A stretch of 64,000 nt of DNA. Origin: Methylophaga sp. GTDB lineage: Bacteria; Pseudomonadota; Gammaproteobacteria; Nitrosococcales; Methylophagaceae. The DNA lies in assembly GCA_011053005.1 (NCBI GenBank), contig DRHW01000016.1, forward strand, positions 39,851 through 103,850. Direction: 5' to 3'. The notes below the pieces were generated by a model. That model did not search any database. It was given only the letters and a program-made list of their open reading frames with translations, and had not been told where the DNA came from. This document shows positions 46,601 to 56,386 of the stretch, one piece after another. Every line of letters starts with the position of its first letter. Positions within the stretch are counted from its first letter, which is position 1. A program made the position numbers and the translations under genes.

Positions 46601-46865
46601 TATCAATCAACGCTTAGAAGGCGGACTTGATATGAAGCTAGCGGTGTTTGAAGGCGCTTTATCACGGTTACGTCCAGTATTAATGACGGCGTCGATTGCC
46701 GCTTTAGGACTTATTCCGATGTTATTAGCAACGGGGATTGGTTCTGAAATTCAACGACCATTAGCGACGGTTGTTGTAGGTGGTTTGGTTAGTGCTACTT
46801 TGTTGACCTTATTTATCGTGCCTGTTTTGTATGCGACTTTTTCAAAACGAAAGTACGTTAATTAA
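43698..46865 (+). CDS. Heavy-metal efflux RND permease, CusA/CzcA family (TM4 motif of the monovalent Cu/Ag type)
   Basis: 1055 aa with a typical HME N-terminus (LIEISVRSRLLVV...DAFPDVSNVQV). The TM4 sequence AIAIGMMVDGSVVMMEH (44928..44975) fits A-x5... D-x6-E as in CusA, rather than the D-F-G...D-G-A...E-N of CzcA. Confidence 0.85.
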   Translation: MLNKLIEISVRSRLLVVLALIGTLFGAGLILPKLNLDAFPDVSNVQVSINTVAEGLASEEVEQLITFPIEAVMYSLPDVEEVRSISKTGLSMVTVVFKEGTDIYFARQLVFERLQAAKEEVPNGIGTPEMGPNTSGLSMVYQYILRAEDPEKYDIMTLRSLNDWVVKLLLMPVDGVTEILSFGGEVRQYQVQVDPKKLLAYDINISDISAAIEAGNHNAGGWYMQRGQEQLVIRGVGWLRSNEDGLRDIGNIPLKQDDGIVVHVNDVAKVEYGGEIRQGAVSLSRRDAQGNTESLGEVMTGVVLKRMGANTKLTIDGIKSRLPLIQQALPDGVFIDPVYDQSNLVEQAVATVSKALLEAFILIIVILLIFLMNIRATLLVLLSVPLSIGLALMVMAYWGISANLMSLGGLAIAIGMMVDGSVVMMEHIFSRLTQPEQHANNKQIAQKDLVQNPSAMPLRIMDAAKEVGRPVFFAVMIITIVFAPLFALEGVEGKLFQPMAISIVLAMLASLFVALMVVPAMATYLFRKEVKEKHNFIFSPIEKGYRRLLSFSLVHKFSLVIAAVGLLLGSLYLIPLLGTEFVPELEEGTINVRVTLAPSSSLDASLQVADKMEAILMTFPEVNYATSRIGRAEIGGDPEPVSNIEIYVGMKPVHQWTSAQNRTQLQALMQEKMSVMPGLLFSFSQPIATRVDELLSGTKAQLAIKLFGPDLNTLAEKGSEIETLVKSIDGSVGIALEPIEGEAQLVIRPDRDKLSRHGIPMAQVMSLVGEAIGGQNAGQVINGNERYDIYVRLAQQYRNDIQAIKALTLQSATGAWVRLGDVAKVAIESGPPQIRRDDVQRRVVIQANVTGRDMGSYVAEINQRIESDIDLPAGYSVVYGGQFENQQRAQARLMIVVPLSLGLIFLLLYFAFNSIGQALLIMLNVPLALIGGIAALYVSNQYLSVPSSIGFIALFGVAVLNGVVMVNAINQRLEGGLDMKLAVFEGALSRLRPVLMTASIAALGLIPMLLATGIGSEIQRPLATVVVGGLVSATLLTLFIVPVLYATFSKRKYVN

Positions 46866-46878
46866 TATGAGTAAATAT

Positions 46879-46905
46879 CCCCGTTTCGTATCCTACGAAA
46901 TGGGG
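46879..46905. terminator. Hairpin between convergent cusA-like gene and RND operon 3
   Basis: CCCCGTTTCGTA-tcc-TACGAAATGGGG has one G-U pair and AT-rich flanks. Confidence 0.55.
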
Positions 46906-46986
46906 AAATATTAAACTGATCACAATTAGTTAGAAATCCTGAAAATATATCTCAGAAGTTTATATTACAACTTTTAATTATTCTGT

Positions 46987-48360
46987 TCATTCAGCTGGTT
47001 TGGGTTCTTCGACGGTCACTTTTTGACCCGCACCCAATGCTATTTGTAATGTTGCCCACGCTTTCGCCATATCATTAATTGCAGAAGCTGAAGATATTCG
47101 GGCTGATGCGGTTGAGCGATCAGTATCTAAAAGTTCTAATAGTGTAATGGCACCAGCACGATAATTCTCTTGGGCAAGGGTAAAAGCTTGGGTATAAAAC
47201 TCAGCTGCTTCATTAAATGCAATAGATCGCTGACGTTGTTGAGCAAGATTAGATTGAGCAACCTGCACATCTTCAACCGCAGATAGAATGGCTGAACGCC
47301 AATTGATTTCTGATTGTTTAGCTAAGGATTCTGCCTCATCACGGTTAGCGGATAATAAACCACGATTTAAAATTGGCAATACAATGCTTGGGCCAAACGA
47401 CCATGAACTGGTGCCAGCTGTTTCTGACAAAGTGCCAGAAAGTGCGATTGATGGATAAAGTTGTGCTTCGGCAACACCTACATTAGCGACAGCCGCTGCG
47501 AGCATGGCTTCTGCACTTCGAATATCCGGACGGTTATGCAATAAATCAGCAGGAATACCGACATCAATCGGTGCTGGTGTACCAAGTTGAGTCACATTAT
47601 TTTGCATCTGATCAAAAATCGGCTGAGCAGGTTCATCAAGTAAGGTACTAATTGCAAAAACATTGGCATTATAGAGTGCGACATATTCTGGCAACACAGC
47701 TTGAGCCGTCGATAATAATGCTTTAGTTAAGGCTAAGTCATAACTGGTTGTTGCACCAAAATCGAATTGTTTTTGAGTGATCTTAACGGTTTCTTCTCGG
47801 GCTTTAATATTTTCATTAGTGAACTCAATCGCTCGTTGATAAAAACGTGCATCGGAATACGTCGTAATAATTTGTGCAAGCCAAGCAAGACGAACGGTTT
47901 CAACATCTGCTTGTGCTGAAGCAAGTGAGGCCGCAGCACTTTCTTGCCCACGTTGAATTCCGCCAAATAAATCGATAACAAAACTAGCATCTAAGCCGAC
48001 CGTTAAACCCGATGTTGTCGATATTTCACTATTGCCACGCTTATTTACAGTTGCCGATGCACTACCATCTAATGCTGAATTAAGACCTGTTTTACGCACA
48101 TTAGCTTGCGCTTGGTCGATCCTTTCCATTGCCGCTTGCAGATCTAAATTTTGATTTAAACCACGTGAAATAAGACCTATTAACAAAGGATCCTGATACG
48201 TTCGCCACCATTGCTGTTGCTGATTTTCTACGCCAATTGTATTGGCATTGCCACCGACATATTGCGTTTCGAGTGATACGTCAGGCGTACTGTAATCAGG
48301 GCCAACTGCACAACCTGCAAGTAATAAACAGACACATAAACTTATTTGTTTCCGTTTCAT
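46987..48360 (-). CDS. RND efflux outer-membrane factor lipoprotein (NodT family)
   Basis: 457 aa with lipobox LLLAGCA, the PDY motif after the Cys and two OMF repeats. Confidence 0.88.
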   Translation of the reverse strand: MKRKQISLCVCLLLAGCAVGPDYSTPDVSLETQYVGGNANTIGVENQQQQWWRTYQDPLLIGLISRGLNQNLDLQAAMERIDQAQANVRKTGLNSALDGSASATVNKRGNSEISTTSGLTVGLDASFVIDLFGGIQRGQESAAASLASAQADVETVRLAWLAQIITTYSDARFYQRAIEFTNENIKAREETVKITQKQFDFGATTSYDLALTKALLSTAQAVLPEYVALYNANVFAISTLLDEPAQPIFDQMQNNVTQLGTPAPIDVGIPADLLHNRPDIRSAEAMLAAAVANVGVAEAQLYPSIALSGTLSETAGTSSWSFGPSIVLPILNRGLLSANRDEAESLAKQSEINWRSAILSAVEDVQVAQSNLAQQRQRSIAFNEAAEFYTQAFTLAQENYRAGAITLLELLDTDRSTASARISSASAINDMAKAWATLQIALGAGQKVTVEEPKPAE

Positions 48361-51300
48361 GGTGAAACTTCCTTAGTTTGAACTTCATTTGTCTCTTTGT
48401 TTCGTAAGCCAAACAATTGTAAAACACCTATATAAAGCACTGGCACCATTAAAATACCAAATAATGTCGAAAAGATTATCCCGCCGAGCATACCGGTTCC
48501 GATAGAGTGTTGAGCGTTGGCACCAGCACCATTGGCTAATACTAATGGCAAAATACCAAAGCCAAAGGCAAAGGTTGTCATCAGAATAGGGCGTAAGCGT
48601 TGTTGGGCTGCCTTAAGAATGGCATCGACAGCACTCATACCTCCGATGCGTAAGGTTTCAGCAAATTCAATGATTAAAATGGCATTTCGTGCCGCGAGTC
48701 CTATTGTGGTTAATAACCCCACTTTGAAGTAAATATCGTTTGATTGATCAAAAAACCATGTTGCTAACAACGCACCTAAAATACTCACGGGCACCGATAA
48801 CAGCACGGCAATAGGCACCGTCCAGCTTTCATACAATGCAGCAAGACACAAAAATACGATGATCAGTGACAATGAATATAACAAGGGTTCTTGGTCACCA
48901 GATAAACGTTCTTGATACGATAAACCAGTCCAAGCCGTACCATAATTTCCGTCCATTTCTGAGACCATTTCATCCATTGCATCCATCGCGGCGCCTGAAC
49001 TAATACCTACATTGGCGGCACCTGAAAGCTCTATCGCTCGCGTTCCACCATATCGCGCTAACGTAGGCGATATCTGTTCCCATTTACGGGTGACAAATGC
49101 CGCTAAAGGTACCATTTCTTGACCCTCATTAACCGCATACCATTCATCAATATCTTCGGGTTGCATACGCCATTTTGCATCACCTTGCACAATAACTCGG
49201 CGTAAATCACCGCTTAAGGTGAAGTCATTAACATAACGGCTGGCAAAAATTGTCGATAACATCGAGTTCACACTAGAAAGACTGATGCCAAATGATTTTG
49301 CTTTTTGCTGATCAATATCCAGTCTTAATGAGGCGACCGTTTCATTATCATTACCACGCAGGTTTACAACACGTTGATCTTTAGTCGCCACATCCACTAA
49401 CTCATCGGCCGCTTCATAAAGTGCATCGGTGCCATTACCTGATTGATCAACGAGATACATTGTAAAATCAGATGAACTACCCAAGCCTTGTATTGCCGGT
49501 GGTTGGATAAAGAAAATTTGACCTAAACGTGTGTTGAAAAAATGCTTATTGGCTCTATTAGCTAAATCTTCAACCGACAAACCTTCACGCTGTTCGTAAT
49601 CTTTTAGCCTAGAGAACAACATAGCTGTATTTTGCCCAGCACCACCAAAACTAAAACCAATAGCGGCAAATACTGAACTCACTGATGCTTTTTCATCGTT
49701 TAATAAAAATTGTTCAATTTTTTCGACAGCATCGAGCGTTTGTGCGGTTGTTGAACCATCAGGAAGCTTGACCATTGTCATCATCATTCCCTGATCTTCT
49801 GTTGGCAGGAATGAAGAAGGAACATGGCTATATGTCCACCAAACAGCAACGCCAATCAATCCAACAACAATAAACATACGAAAAGGGCGGCGTACAAATC
49901 TGGTTGTTGTATTCGTATATTTTTGGTTCACATTACCTAATAAATTGTTAAACCAACGAAGCGGTGCAATTCTCGTTTCAGCATGAGCAGGTTTGAGTAA
50001 TTGAACACACATTGTCGGCGTTAATACTAAGGCAACAAATAACGACAACACCATGGCGCTAATAATCGTGATAGAAAATTGTTGGAAGATGATGTCGGTA
50101 GAGCCACCCAAAAAAGCCATCGGTAAAAATACGACAGATAAAACAACCACGATACCAATTAGTGCACTAGATATTTCTTTCATACTTTTTTCTGTCGCTT
50201 CGAGCGGGCTCAGTCCTTCTTCTTCCATCACCCGTTCGACGTTTTCTACTACTACAATCGCATCGTCCACCAATAAACCAATCGCTAATACTAAGGCAAA
50301 CATTGATAGCGTATTAATCGACATATCAAATGCATAAAGCACGGCAAATGTCCCTAACAATACGACTGGCACAGCAATGGTAGGAATAATCGTCGCACGC
50401 CAGCTTTGTAAGAAGATAAAGATAATAATAAATACGAGTGCTACCGCTTCTCCTAGCGTGTGATAAACCTGATTAATCGATTTCTCAACAAACGGCGATG
50501 TATCATAAGGATAAGTGACTGTTACGCCTTTTGGCAGCGTACTTGCTAAATCATTTATCGTTTTTTTGACACGTTTTGCCGTTTCAACGGCATTCGCACC
50601 ATTGGCTAAATTAACCCCAAAACCTGCGGCTGCTTTACCGTTATAGCGACTAGATAATTGAGCATCTTGTTCGGCCAGTTCAATTCTGGCCACATCAGCC
50701 AAATAAACGGTTGAACCATCGGTATTGGTTTTTAATAAAATACGTTCAAAGTCTTCAATAGAAGAAAGCTGCGATTGGGCACTTAATGGAAAGGTGACCT
50801 GTTGACCTTCAACGACGGGCTGATTTCCTAAAGAACCTACAGTTACATTGGTATTTTGTTCTGCAACAGCACTGGTTACATCATCAGCAGATAATTGATA
50901 TTGGAAAAGGCTAGAAGGGTTAAGCCAAATACGCATGGCGTAACGTGTGCCAAAACTGTTAATCGAACCTACGCCTTCTAAACGTTGGATAGGATCTTCT
51001 AATGTTGTGCCTAGAATGTCACCCAATTGAACAGAACTATATTGATCATCTTCAGAAATTAAAGCGCCCACCATCAAAATAGACGAAGTTGAACGGGTAA
51101 CTCTGACACCTTGATTCGTTACTGCTGTCGGCAACTTTGATTGGACAAGTTGAAGTTTATTTTGAACTTGAACTTGTGCCATATCAGGGTTAACGCTGTC
51201 ATCGAATACCAAGGAAAGACTTGATGAGCCTTCCGAAGAGCTTGATGTCATGTAGGTCAAACCATCCAGCCCAGTCATACCATCTTCAATGATAGTAGTC

Positions 51301-51482
51301 ACCGAGTTTTCAATCGTTTGAGCTGAAGCGCCGGTGTAAGTCGCTGAAATACGAACGGTTGTCGGGGCGATGTTTGGATACTGAGAAATGGGTAAATCGT
51401 ATAAACTAAATAAACCAGCGAGCATCACTATGATAGCCAATACCCATGCGAATACGGGACGATGAATAAAGAAGGAAGCCAT
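48357..51482 (-). CDS. Multidrug RND permease (HAE1, AcrB/MexB-like)
   Basis: 1041 aa. The N-terminus is MASFFIHRPVFAWVLAIIVMLAGLFSLYDLPISQYPNIAPTTVRISATYTGASAQ. A 4-nt overlap links it to the OMF gene. Confidence 0.9.
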   Translation of the reverse strand: MASFFIHRPVFAWVLAIIVMLAGLFSLYDLPISQYPNIAPTTVRISATYTGASAQTIENSVTTIIEDGMTGLDGLTYMTSSSSEGSSSLSLVFDDSVNPDMAQVQVQNKLQLVQSKLPTAVTNQGVRVTRSTSSILMVGALISEDDQYSSVQLGDILGTTLEDPIQRLEGVGSINSFGTRYAMRIWLNPSSLFQYQLSADDVTSAVAEQNTNVTVGSLGNQPVVEGQQVTFPLSAQSQLSSIEDFERILLKTNTDGSTVYLADVARIELAEQDAQLSSRYNGKAAAGFGVNLANGANAVETAKRVKKTINDLASTLPKGVTVTYPYDTSPFVEKSINQVYHTLGEAVALVFIIIFIFLQSWRATIIPTIAVPVVLLGTFAVLYAFDMSINTLSMFALVLAIGLLVDDAIVVVENVERVMEEEGLSPLEATEKSMKEISSALIGIVVVLSVVFLPMAFLGGSTDIIFQQFSITIISAMVLSLFVALVLTPTMCVQLLKPAHAETRIAPLRWFNNLLGNVNQKYTNTTTRFVRRPFRMFIVVGLIGVAVWWTYSHVPSSFLPTEDQGMMMTMVKLPDGSTTAQTLDAVEKIEQFLLNDEKASVSSVFAAIGFSFGGAGQNTAMLFSRLKDYEQREGLSVEDLANRANKHFFNTRLGQIFFIQPPAIQGLGSSSDFTMYLVDQSGNGTDALYEAADELVDVATKDQRVVNLRGNDNETVASLRLDIDQQKAKSFGISLSSVNSMLSTIFASRYVNDFTLSGDLRRVIVQGDAKWRMQPEDIDEWYAVNEGQEMVPLAAFVTRKWEQISPTLARYGGTRAIELSGAANVGISSGAAMDAMDEMVSEMDGNYGTAWTGLSYQERLSGDQEPLLYSLSLIIVFLCLAALYESWTVPIAVLLSVPVSILGALLATWFFDQSNDIYFKVGLLTTIGLAARNAILIIEFAETLRIGGMSAVDAILKAAQQRLRPILMTTFAFGFGILPLVLANGAGANAQHSIGTGMLGGIIFSTLFGILMVPVLYIGVLQLFGLRNKETNEVQTKEVSP

Positions 51483-51485
51483 TAT

Positions 51486-52751
51486 TTATTGTCCTTTTTT
51501 TGATTGGCTAGCTGTATCTTTTACTAAGCCGTTATCATCGATAGTGGCGTCAATCGGTTTAACTTTAGTGCCTGAAGTGACGGTTTTAAGTCCATCAACA
51601 ATTATCTTTTGACCTTCGGTAATTCCCTCAATCACTATCCAATTATTTTTCCAAGTACCTGAATCTTTGAATGATATTTGTTCGGCGCTGCCATCATCTC
51701 CTACAATAAAGGCCGATAGTTGACCGGTATATTGTCTTTTAGCGGCACGTTGTGGGACCAAAAATGCTTGAATATCGCCAATTTCAACATCACCACGTAA
51801 AAACATGCCGGGTAAGATTTTTCTATCTGGATTATCAAATCTGAATCGCATCGGCACGGTGCCGGTTGTTGTTGAAACAATGCTGCCAGGCACTAAAAGC
51901 GTACCGGTTGTTTCATAAATCTCAGCATTTTCAAGCGTTAAGGTCGCTTTTATTTTTTCGTTTACAGTGAGTGTGCCCGCTTTAATTTGACTACGAACGG
52001 ATAAAATATTTGCGCTTGGCACCAACATATCGACATCAATAGGATCAAGTCGAGTTACAACGGTGAGTGCATCACTTTGACCGCTGACGACAAGATCCCC
52101 CACTGAAACAGCCGCTACATCTGTCACACCATTAATAGGACTTTTAATCGTTGTCCATGACAGCTGTGTTTTTGAATAATTGAGAGCAGCTTTAGATGCA
52201 CCAAGCGTAGCGTGAGCATTATCTAATGTTGCTTTTGCTTGTTCTACATCGGCCACCGTAAAACCTGAGCCTTTAAGATTGAACGCACGTTTGTAAGTCG
52301 CATTGGCGACGTTTAGATTGGCTTTTGCAGTAGATACACTCGCTTCATCAGCGGCAACTTGAGCTAAATAGATAGCATCATCAAGTTGGAATAATGGATC
52401 GCCTTCAGCGACGACTTTGCCTTCTTTATATAGGATAGTTTGAATAACACCATTAACACGAGGACGAATATTAACTTGCTGATAAGCAACCGCACGACCA
52501 GGAATTGTAGAAATGCGGGGGACTGTCTGTTTAGCCATTGAAACTACACCAACTTCCATCGGCGGCATTTGCGGTTTAGCAGTTGCTGGATCGCCTTCAG
52601 CGGCATAAAGCAGGTTGGGCACCAATACAGTAACAATCAATCCTAAAAGCGACATCACTATAGCAATGTGTTTATGCTCTACTCTTATATTAGTTAAATA
52701 GGTTGGTCTCGTTAACGTCGGTGTTGTCGCTAAGCTGATTAAATTAAACAT
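51486..52751 (-). CDS. RND periplasmic adaptor (MFP)
   Basis: 421-aa ORF. The true start may be the internal Met before the anchor MSLLGLIVTVLV (about 52655). Lipoyl motif VAEGDPLFQLDD and a coiled-coil region are present. Confidence 0.82.
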   Translation of the reverse strand: MFNLISLATTPTLTRPTYLTNIRVEHKHIAIVMSLLGLIVTVLVPNLLYAAEGDPATAKPQMPPMEVGVVSMAKQTVPRISTIPGRAVAYQQVNIRPRVNGVIQTILYKEGKVVAEGDPLFQLDDAIYLAQVAADEASVSTAKANLNVANATYKRAFNLKGSGFTVADVEQAKATLDNAHATLGASKAALNYSKTQLSWTTIKSPINGVTDVAAVSVGDLVVSGQSDALTVVTRLDPIDVDMLVPSANILSVRSQIKAGTLTVNEKIKATLTLENAEIYETTGTLLVPGSIVSTTTGTVPMRFRFDNPDRKILPGMFLRGDVEIGDIQAFLVPQRAAKRQYTGQLSAFIVGDDGSAEQISFKDSGTWKNNWIVIEGITEGQKIIVDGLKTVTSGTKVKPIDATIDDNGLVKDTASQSKKGQ

Positions 52752-53236
52752 GAAGATTAGTTCTCAAGCGTATTAAAAAAGGGGGCCAACTGAATTTATT
52801 TAAATAACAGTATTACGAAGTACCTAAGGGCTGAACATTGAATAGCATACCCGTCGAATAATACAGGGTAATGAACGCAGGATATATTACATAGCTGCAT
52901 TTAAATTCTGATACAGCAGCCCTAAAATAATAATGGAAATGTTATTTTAATAATAAATTAATGAGGGTTAAGTATCGGTTAAAAAGAACCGTTATATTTA
53001 ATCACACTCGGATTATTATTTTAATAAATTACATCACAGAAATACTGTTGCTTAGTTCTTTTTTGAGCGCTGCAATGTCAATAAAATAGTTCATATAATT
53101 CAGCGTTAAGCTCACGATCTTTGCGTAAACAATGCTTCAACGTTATCAATATTAAACGTGAATCAATTAAGTATTGTTTGAGCTATGGCATAATCTATCA
53201 CTTTTTAAATTCAGCTCGCTTGGGAAATGTTCATCG

Positions 53237-54214
53237 ATGATAGGTAAAATTTCAGCAACGCTTTGTTTATGGTTAGGTATAGAGAGCAATAAAACGAGTC
53301 ACAATGAAAAAATCATATCAGCGATTGGTGCAACAATAGGTATCAGCTTAACTGTCGCTATTAGCTCAATCACTTTACACACGACATTGTTAAGTCCTGC
53401 CAGTGTGTTGATTATCGCGTCACTTGGGGCATCGGCTGTCTTATTATTTGCAGTACCACATGGTGCCTTATCTCAACCTTGGCCTGTAGTGGGCGGCCAT
53501 CTCGTTTCAGCGTTTATCGGGGTGACGTGTCATAAATATCTACCGGAAACAGCGATTTCAGCGGGTTTGGCAGTAGGACTCGCAGTAGGTGCGATGTATT
53601 ATTTACGGTGTATTCATCCTCCTGGTGGTGCTACAGCATTGACTGCTGTTATAGGTGGCCCTGATATTTTTAATCTTGGTTATGACTATTTGCTTTCGCC
53701 TTTGCTTATTAATGTCTTAGTGTTGGTTGCGGTGGCTGTTTTGTTTAATTCGCTTTTTGCATGGCGTCGATATCCCGCACATTTAAATGCCAAACATTTT
53801 CAATCTTTGCCTCATCCCGTACATGCAGATGATGATATTAGCTTAACAACCGAAGACTTTAATGCTGCGATACAAGGTATTGATTCATTTGTAGATATTA
53901 CCGAAGAAGGGCTGACAGAATTACTGGAGCTGGCAAAGCAACATGCTGAAACTCAAATAGAACATCCTAGTATCGTGAAAACAGGGCACTATTATAGTAA
54001 TGGCAAAATCGGTCATTTATGGAGTATTAGACAGATCATTGATGGCGATGACCAACATAGAACAAGTAATGATTTAATTATTTATAAAACAGTGGCTGGA
54101 TATGAGTCTTATAGTACTGGATCATGCGAACGAGAAGCCTTTCGTTTATGGGCAAGGTTTGAAGTGATTGAAGAAAATGATCTGTGGATTAAAGCAAAAA
54201 ATATAACATCATAA
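53237..54214 (+). CDS. HPP family membrane protein with uncharacterised C-terminal soluble domain
   Basis: The HPP signature CIHPPGGATALTAV sits in a four-TM block. About 130 C-terminal residues have no motif I recognise. The ORF track starts at TTG 53174; ATG 53237 is preferred. Confidence 0.7.
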   Translation: MIGKISATLCLWLGIESNKTSHNEKIISAIGATIGISLTVAISSITLHTTLLSPASVLIIASLGASAVLLFAVPHGALSQPWPVVGGHLVSAFIGVTCHKYLPETAISAGLAVGLAVGAMYYLRCIHPPGGATALTAVIGGPDIFNLGYDYLLSPLLINVLVLVAVAVLFNSLFAWRRYPAHLNAKHFQSLPHPVHADDDISLTTEDFNAAIQGIDSFVDITEEGLTELLELAKQHAETQIEHPSIVKTGHYYSNGKIGHLWSIRQIIDGDDQHRTSNDLIIYKTVAGYESYSTGSCEREAFRLWARFEVIEENDLWIKAKNITS

Positions 54215-54230
54215 TTTAAGGTCAAACACG

Positions 54231-54869
54231 ATGAAACTACTTTTAGTCGGTGCAACAGGATTGGTCGGCAGCCATGTATTAAAACTTGCCTTGAATGATC
54301 AACGTATCAGCCGTGTCGTGGTGTTGAGTCGCAGTGCAATCACTAAGATTGAAACAGATCCCAAACTCGATATTATTCAAGTTGATTTTGATGATTTACC
54401 TTCATCAGCAGAGTGGTGGCAGGTTGATTCAGTAATCTGCACGTTAGGCACGACGATGCGTAAAGCAAAAACAAAAACACAATTCAGACGTGTCGATTAC
54501 GATTATCCACTTGCTGTTGCCACGATTGCTAAGCAGCAGGGCGCATCATCGTTTGTTTTAAACTCGTCAATGGGGGCGAATCCTTCATCCCGACTTTTTT
54601 ACAACCAAGTTAAAGGTGACATTGAAGCGGCAATAACGAAGATCAATTATCAATCACTGACTATCCTAAGACCGGGTTTGATTGAAGGTCAGAGAAATGA
54701 AAAACGGCTTGGTGAGCAGATAATGATTAATTTTCTAAAAGTTTTCAGTGGTCTCTTGCCAAAATCAATGCAACCCAATCTTGCTCAAAATATTGCCCAA
54801 CAGATGATTGAAGCGGCTATCGAACAAAAAAAGGGCATAACATTTATTCGTTCTAAGCAGTTAATCTAA
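54231..54869 (+). CDS. NAD(P)H-binding atypical SDR-like oxidoreductase
   Basis: 212 aa with the N-terminal motif LLVGATGLVGSHVL. Confidence 0.7.
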   Translation: MKLLLVGATGLVGSHVLKLALNDQRISRVVVLSRSAITKIETDPKLDIIQVDFDDLPSSAEWWQVDSVICTLGTTMRKAKTKTQFRRVDYDYPLAVATIAKQQGASSFVLNSSMGANPSSRLFYNQVKGDIEAAITKINYQSLTILRPGLIEGQRNEKRLGEQIMINFLKVFSGLLPKSMQPNLAQNIAQQMIEAAIEQKKGITFIRSKQLI

Positions 54870-54919
54870 AACGAATAAACATAAGACTTTAATCTGCCCG
54901 TTAGTACCTTTGATTAACA

Positions 54920-54952
54920 AACATTAGCCTTGATTGAATCAAAGCTAATGTT
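54920..54952. terminator. Long hairpin between convergent genes
   Basis: AACATTAGCCTTGATT-g-AATCAAAGCTAATGTT forms a near-perfect stem of about 15 bp with one mismatch. Confidence 0.6.
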
Positions 54953-54976
54953 CATTTAAATAATCACCTTAACAGT

Positions 54977-56386
54977 CTAAGGCGTTGTTTCAACGGGTGT
55001 AATAGGCGCAGGTGTTTGTGGCATAGCCGATATGTCTGGTGCAATACCCATAGCTTTGAATATGTTGACCGTAGCTTGCAATTCTGCTGTTTTAGCTTGG
55101 TACAACGTATCATTAGCACTAAACAAACTACGCTGTGATGTTAGCAAATTAATAAAATCTGTATCACCACTGTCATAACGCAATTTGGCCAATTCATATA
55201 ATTGCTCGTTATTTTTCAGCTCTTGTTGGCGAACGGACAAGAGTTGTTGCTGATAAGCATATTCACTTAAGGTTTCTAGCGTTTCTTGCATCGCTTGTAG
55301 TACGACTTGGCGATAGTTGAATTGTGCAATGCTGAGATCTGATTGTGCAGCATCAATTTGATTACTAATTCTACCGGCATCAAATATCGGCATTGCCAAT
55401 GAACCTAACAAAGAACTACTCCATTCGGTCCCACTTAAAATATCTTGTAAACCCAAGCCAGCACTGAGATTAAGGGTAGGCCAGCGTTTTGCTTTTTCTT
55501 GGTATAGCGCTGCTTCATTAACGCGTAACATGGCATCAGCAAGCTGAATATCTGGCCGTGTTTCGAGTAATTGTGCAGGCTGAACTAGGCTGACGACGGG
55601 TAATTTTAAGCTATCAAAATCGCCGGTTAACTCGCCAACACGTAAGCTTTCACGACCAAGAATAACGGCTAAAGTATGTTCACTACTCACTAACGCACGT
55701 TGCATACTGAGCAATTGTGCTTGCGCTGTCAGCCATGTACTACGTTGTTGATTCAACTCAACGCCGGATGCACTACCTGCTTCAAAACGCCATCGAATAA
55801 CATCAAGCAACTCTTTACTTGCTTTCAGATTTTTTTCAGCAATACGCACGCGGTCATGTAAGGCCAAATAATCAAAGTAGCTTTGTGCTAACGAGGCTTG
55901 TAATTGCAATCTTAGGCTTTGATATTCCTGCTGTTGAGCAACAACGCTAAATTCAGCGGCATATTCAGCAGCATCTCGGCTGCCCCATAAATCAACCTCA
56001 TAAGCGGCATTAAACCCAAGATTATTACTCTTTGTTGTTTGACCATTTTGCATATCATTATTAGCACGATCACTGAGTTGCAAATCTAATGACGGCAAGT
56101 TGGCAGCACGTTGTTGACCTAGTAGGGCGCGTGATTTAGTAACGCGTTCTCTTGCCGAGGCTAAATCAAAACTATTTTGGGATAACTCATCCATCAGATG
56201 ATTTAAGTCTTGTGATCCATAAAGCATCCACCAATTTGTTTGTGGCTGGGCTGCAAATGGTAAATTAGCCGTATCAACAAGTTCTGGTGTTTGTACTGTT
56301 GGTGTAGTTAAAAAAGGTTGATAAGCGCAAGCGCTCAAACTGATGATGGCAAACAAGCTTAGCCAGCGTTGGGGCGTATGCTGCAT
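54977..56386 (-). CDS. Efflux outer-membrane factor lipoprotein (NodT family), partner of MacAB
   Basis: 469 aa with lipobox ISLSACA and two OMF repeats. It begins immediately after the macB stop. Confidence 0.85.
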   Translation of the reverse strand: MQHTPQRWLSLFAIISLSACAYQPFLTTPTVQTPELVDTANLPFAAQPQTNWWMLYGSQDLNHLMDELSQNSFDLASARERVTKSRALLGQQRAANLPSLDLQLSDRANNDMQNGQTTKSNNLGFNAAYEVDLWGSRDAAEYAAEFSVVAQQQEYQSLRLQLQASLAQSYFDYLALHDRVRIAEKNLKASKELLDVIRWRFEAGSASGVELNQQRSTWLTAQAQLLSMQRALVSSEHTLAVILGRESLRVGELTGDFDSLKLPVVSLVQPAQLLETRPDIQLADAMLRVNEAALYQEKAKRWPTLNLSAGLGLQDILSGTEWSSSLLGSLAMPIFDAGRISNQIDAAQSDLSIAQFNYRQVVLQAMQETLETLSEYAYQQQLLSVRQQELKNNEQLYELAKLRYDSGDTDFINLLTSQRSLFSANDTLYQAKTAELQATVNIFKAMGIAPDISAMPQTPAPITPVETTP

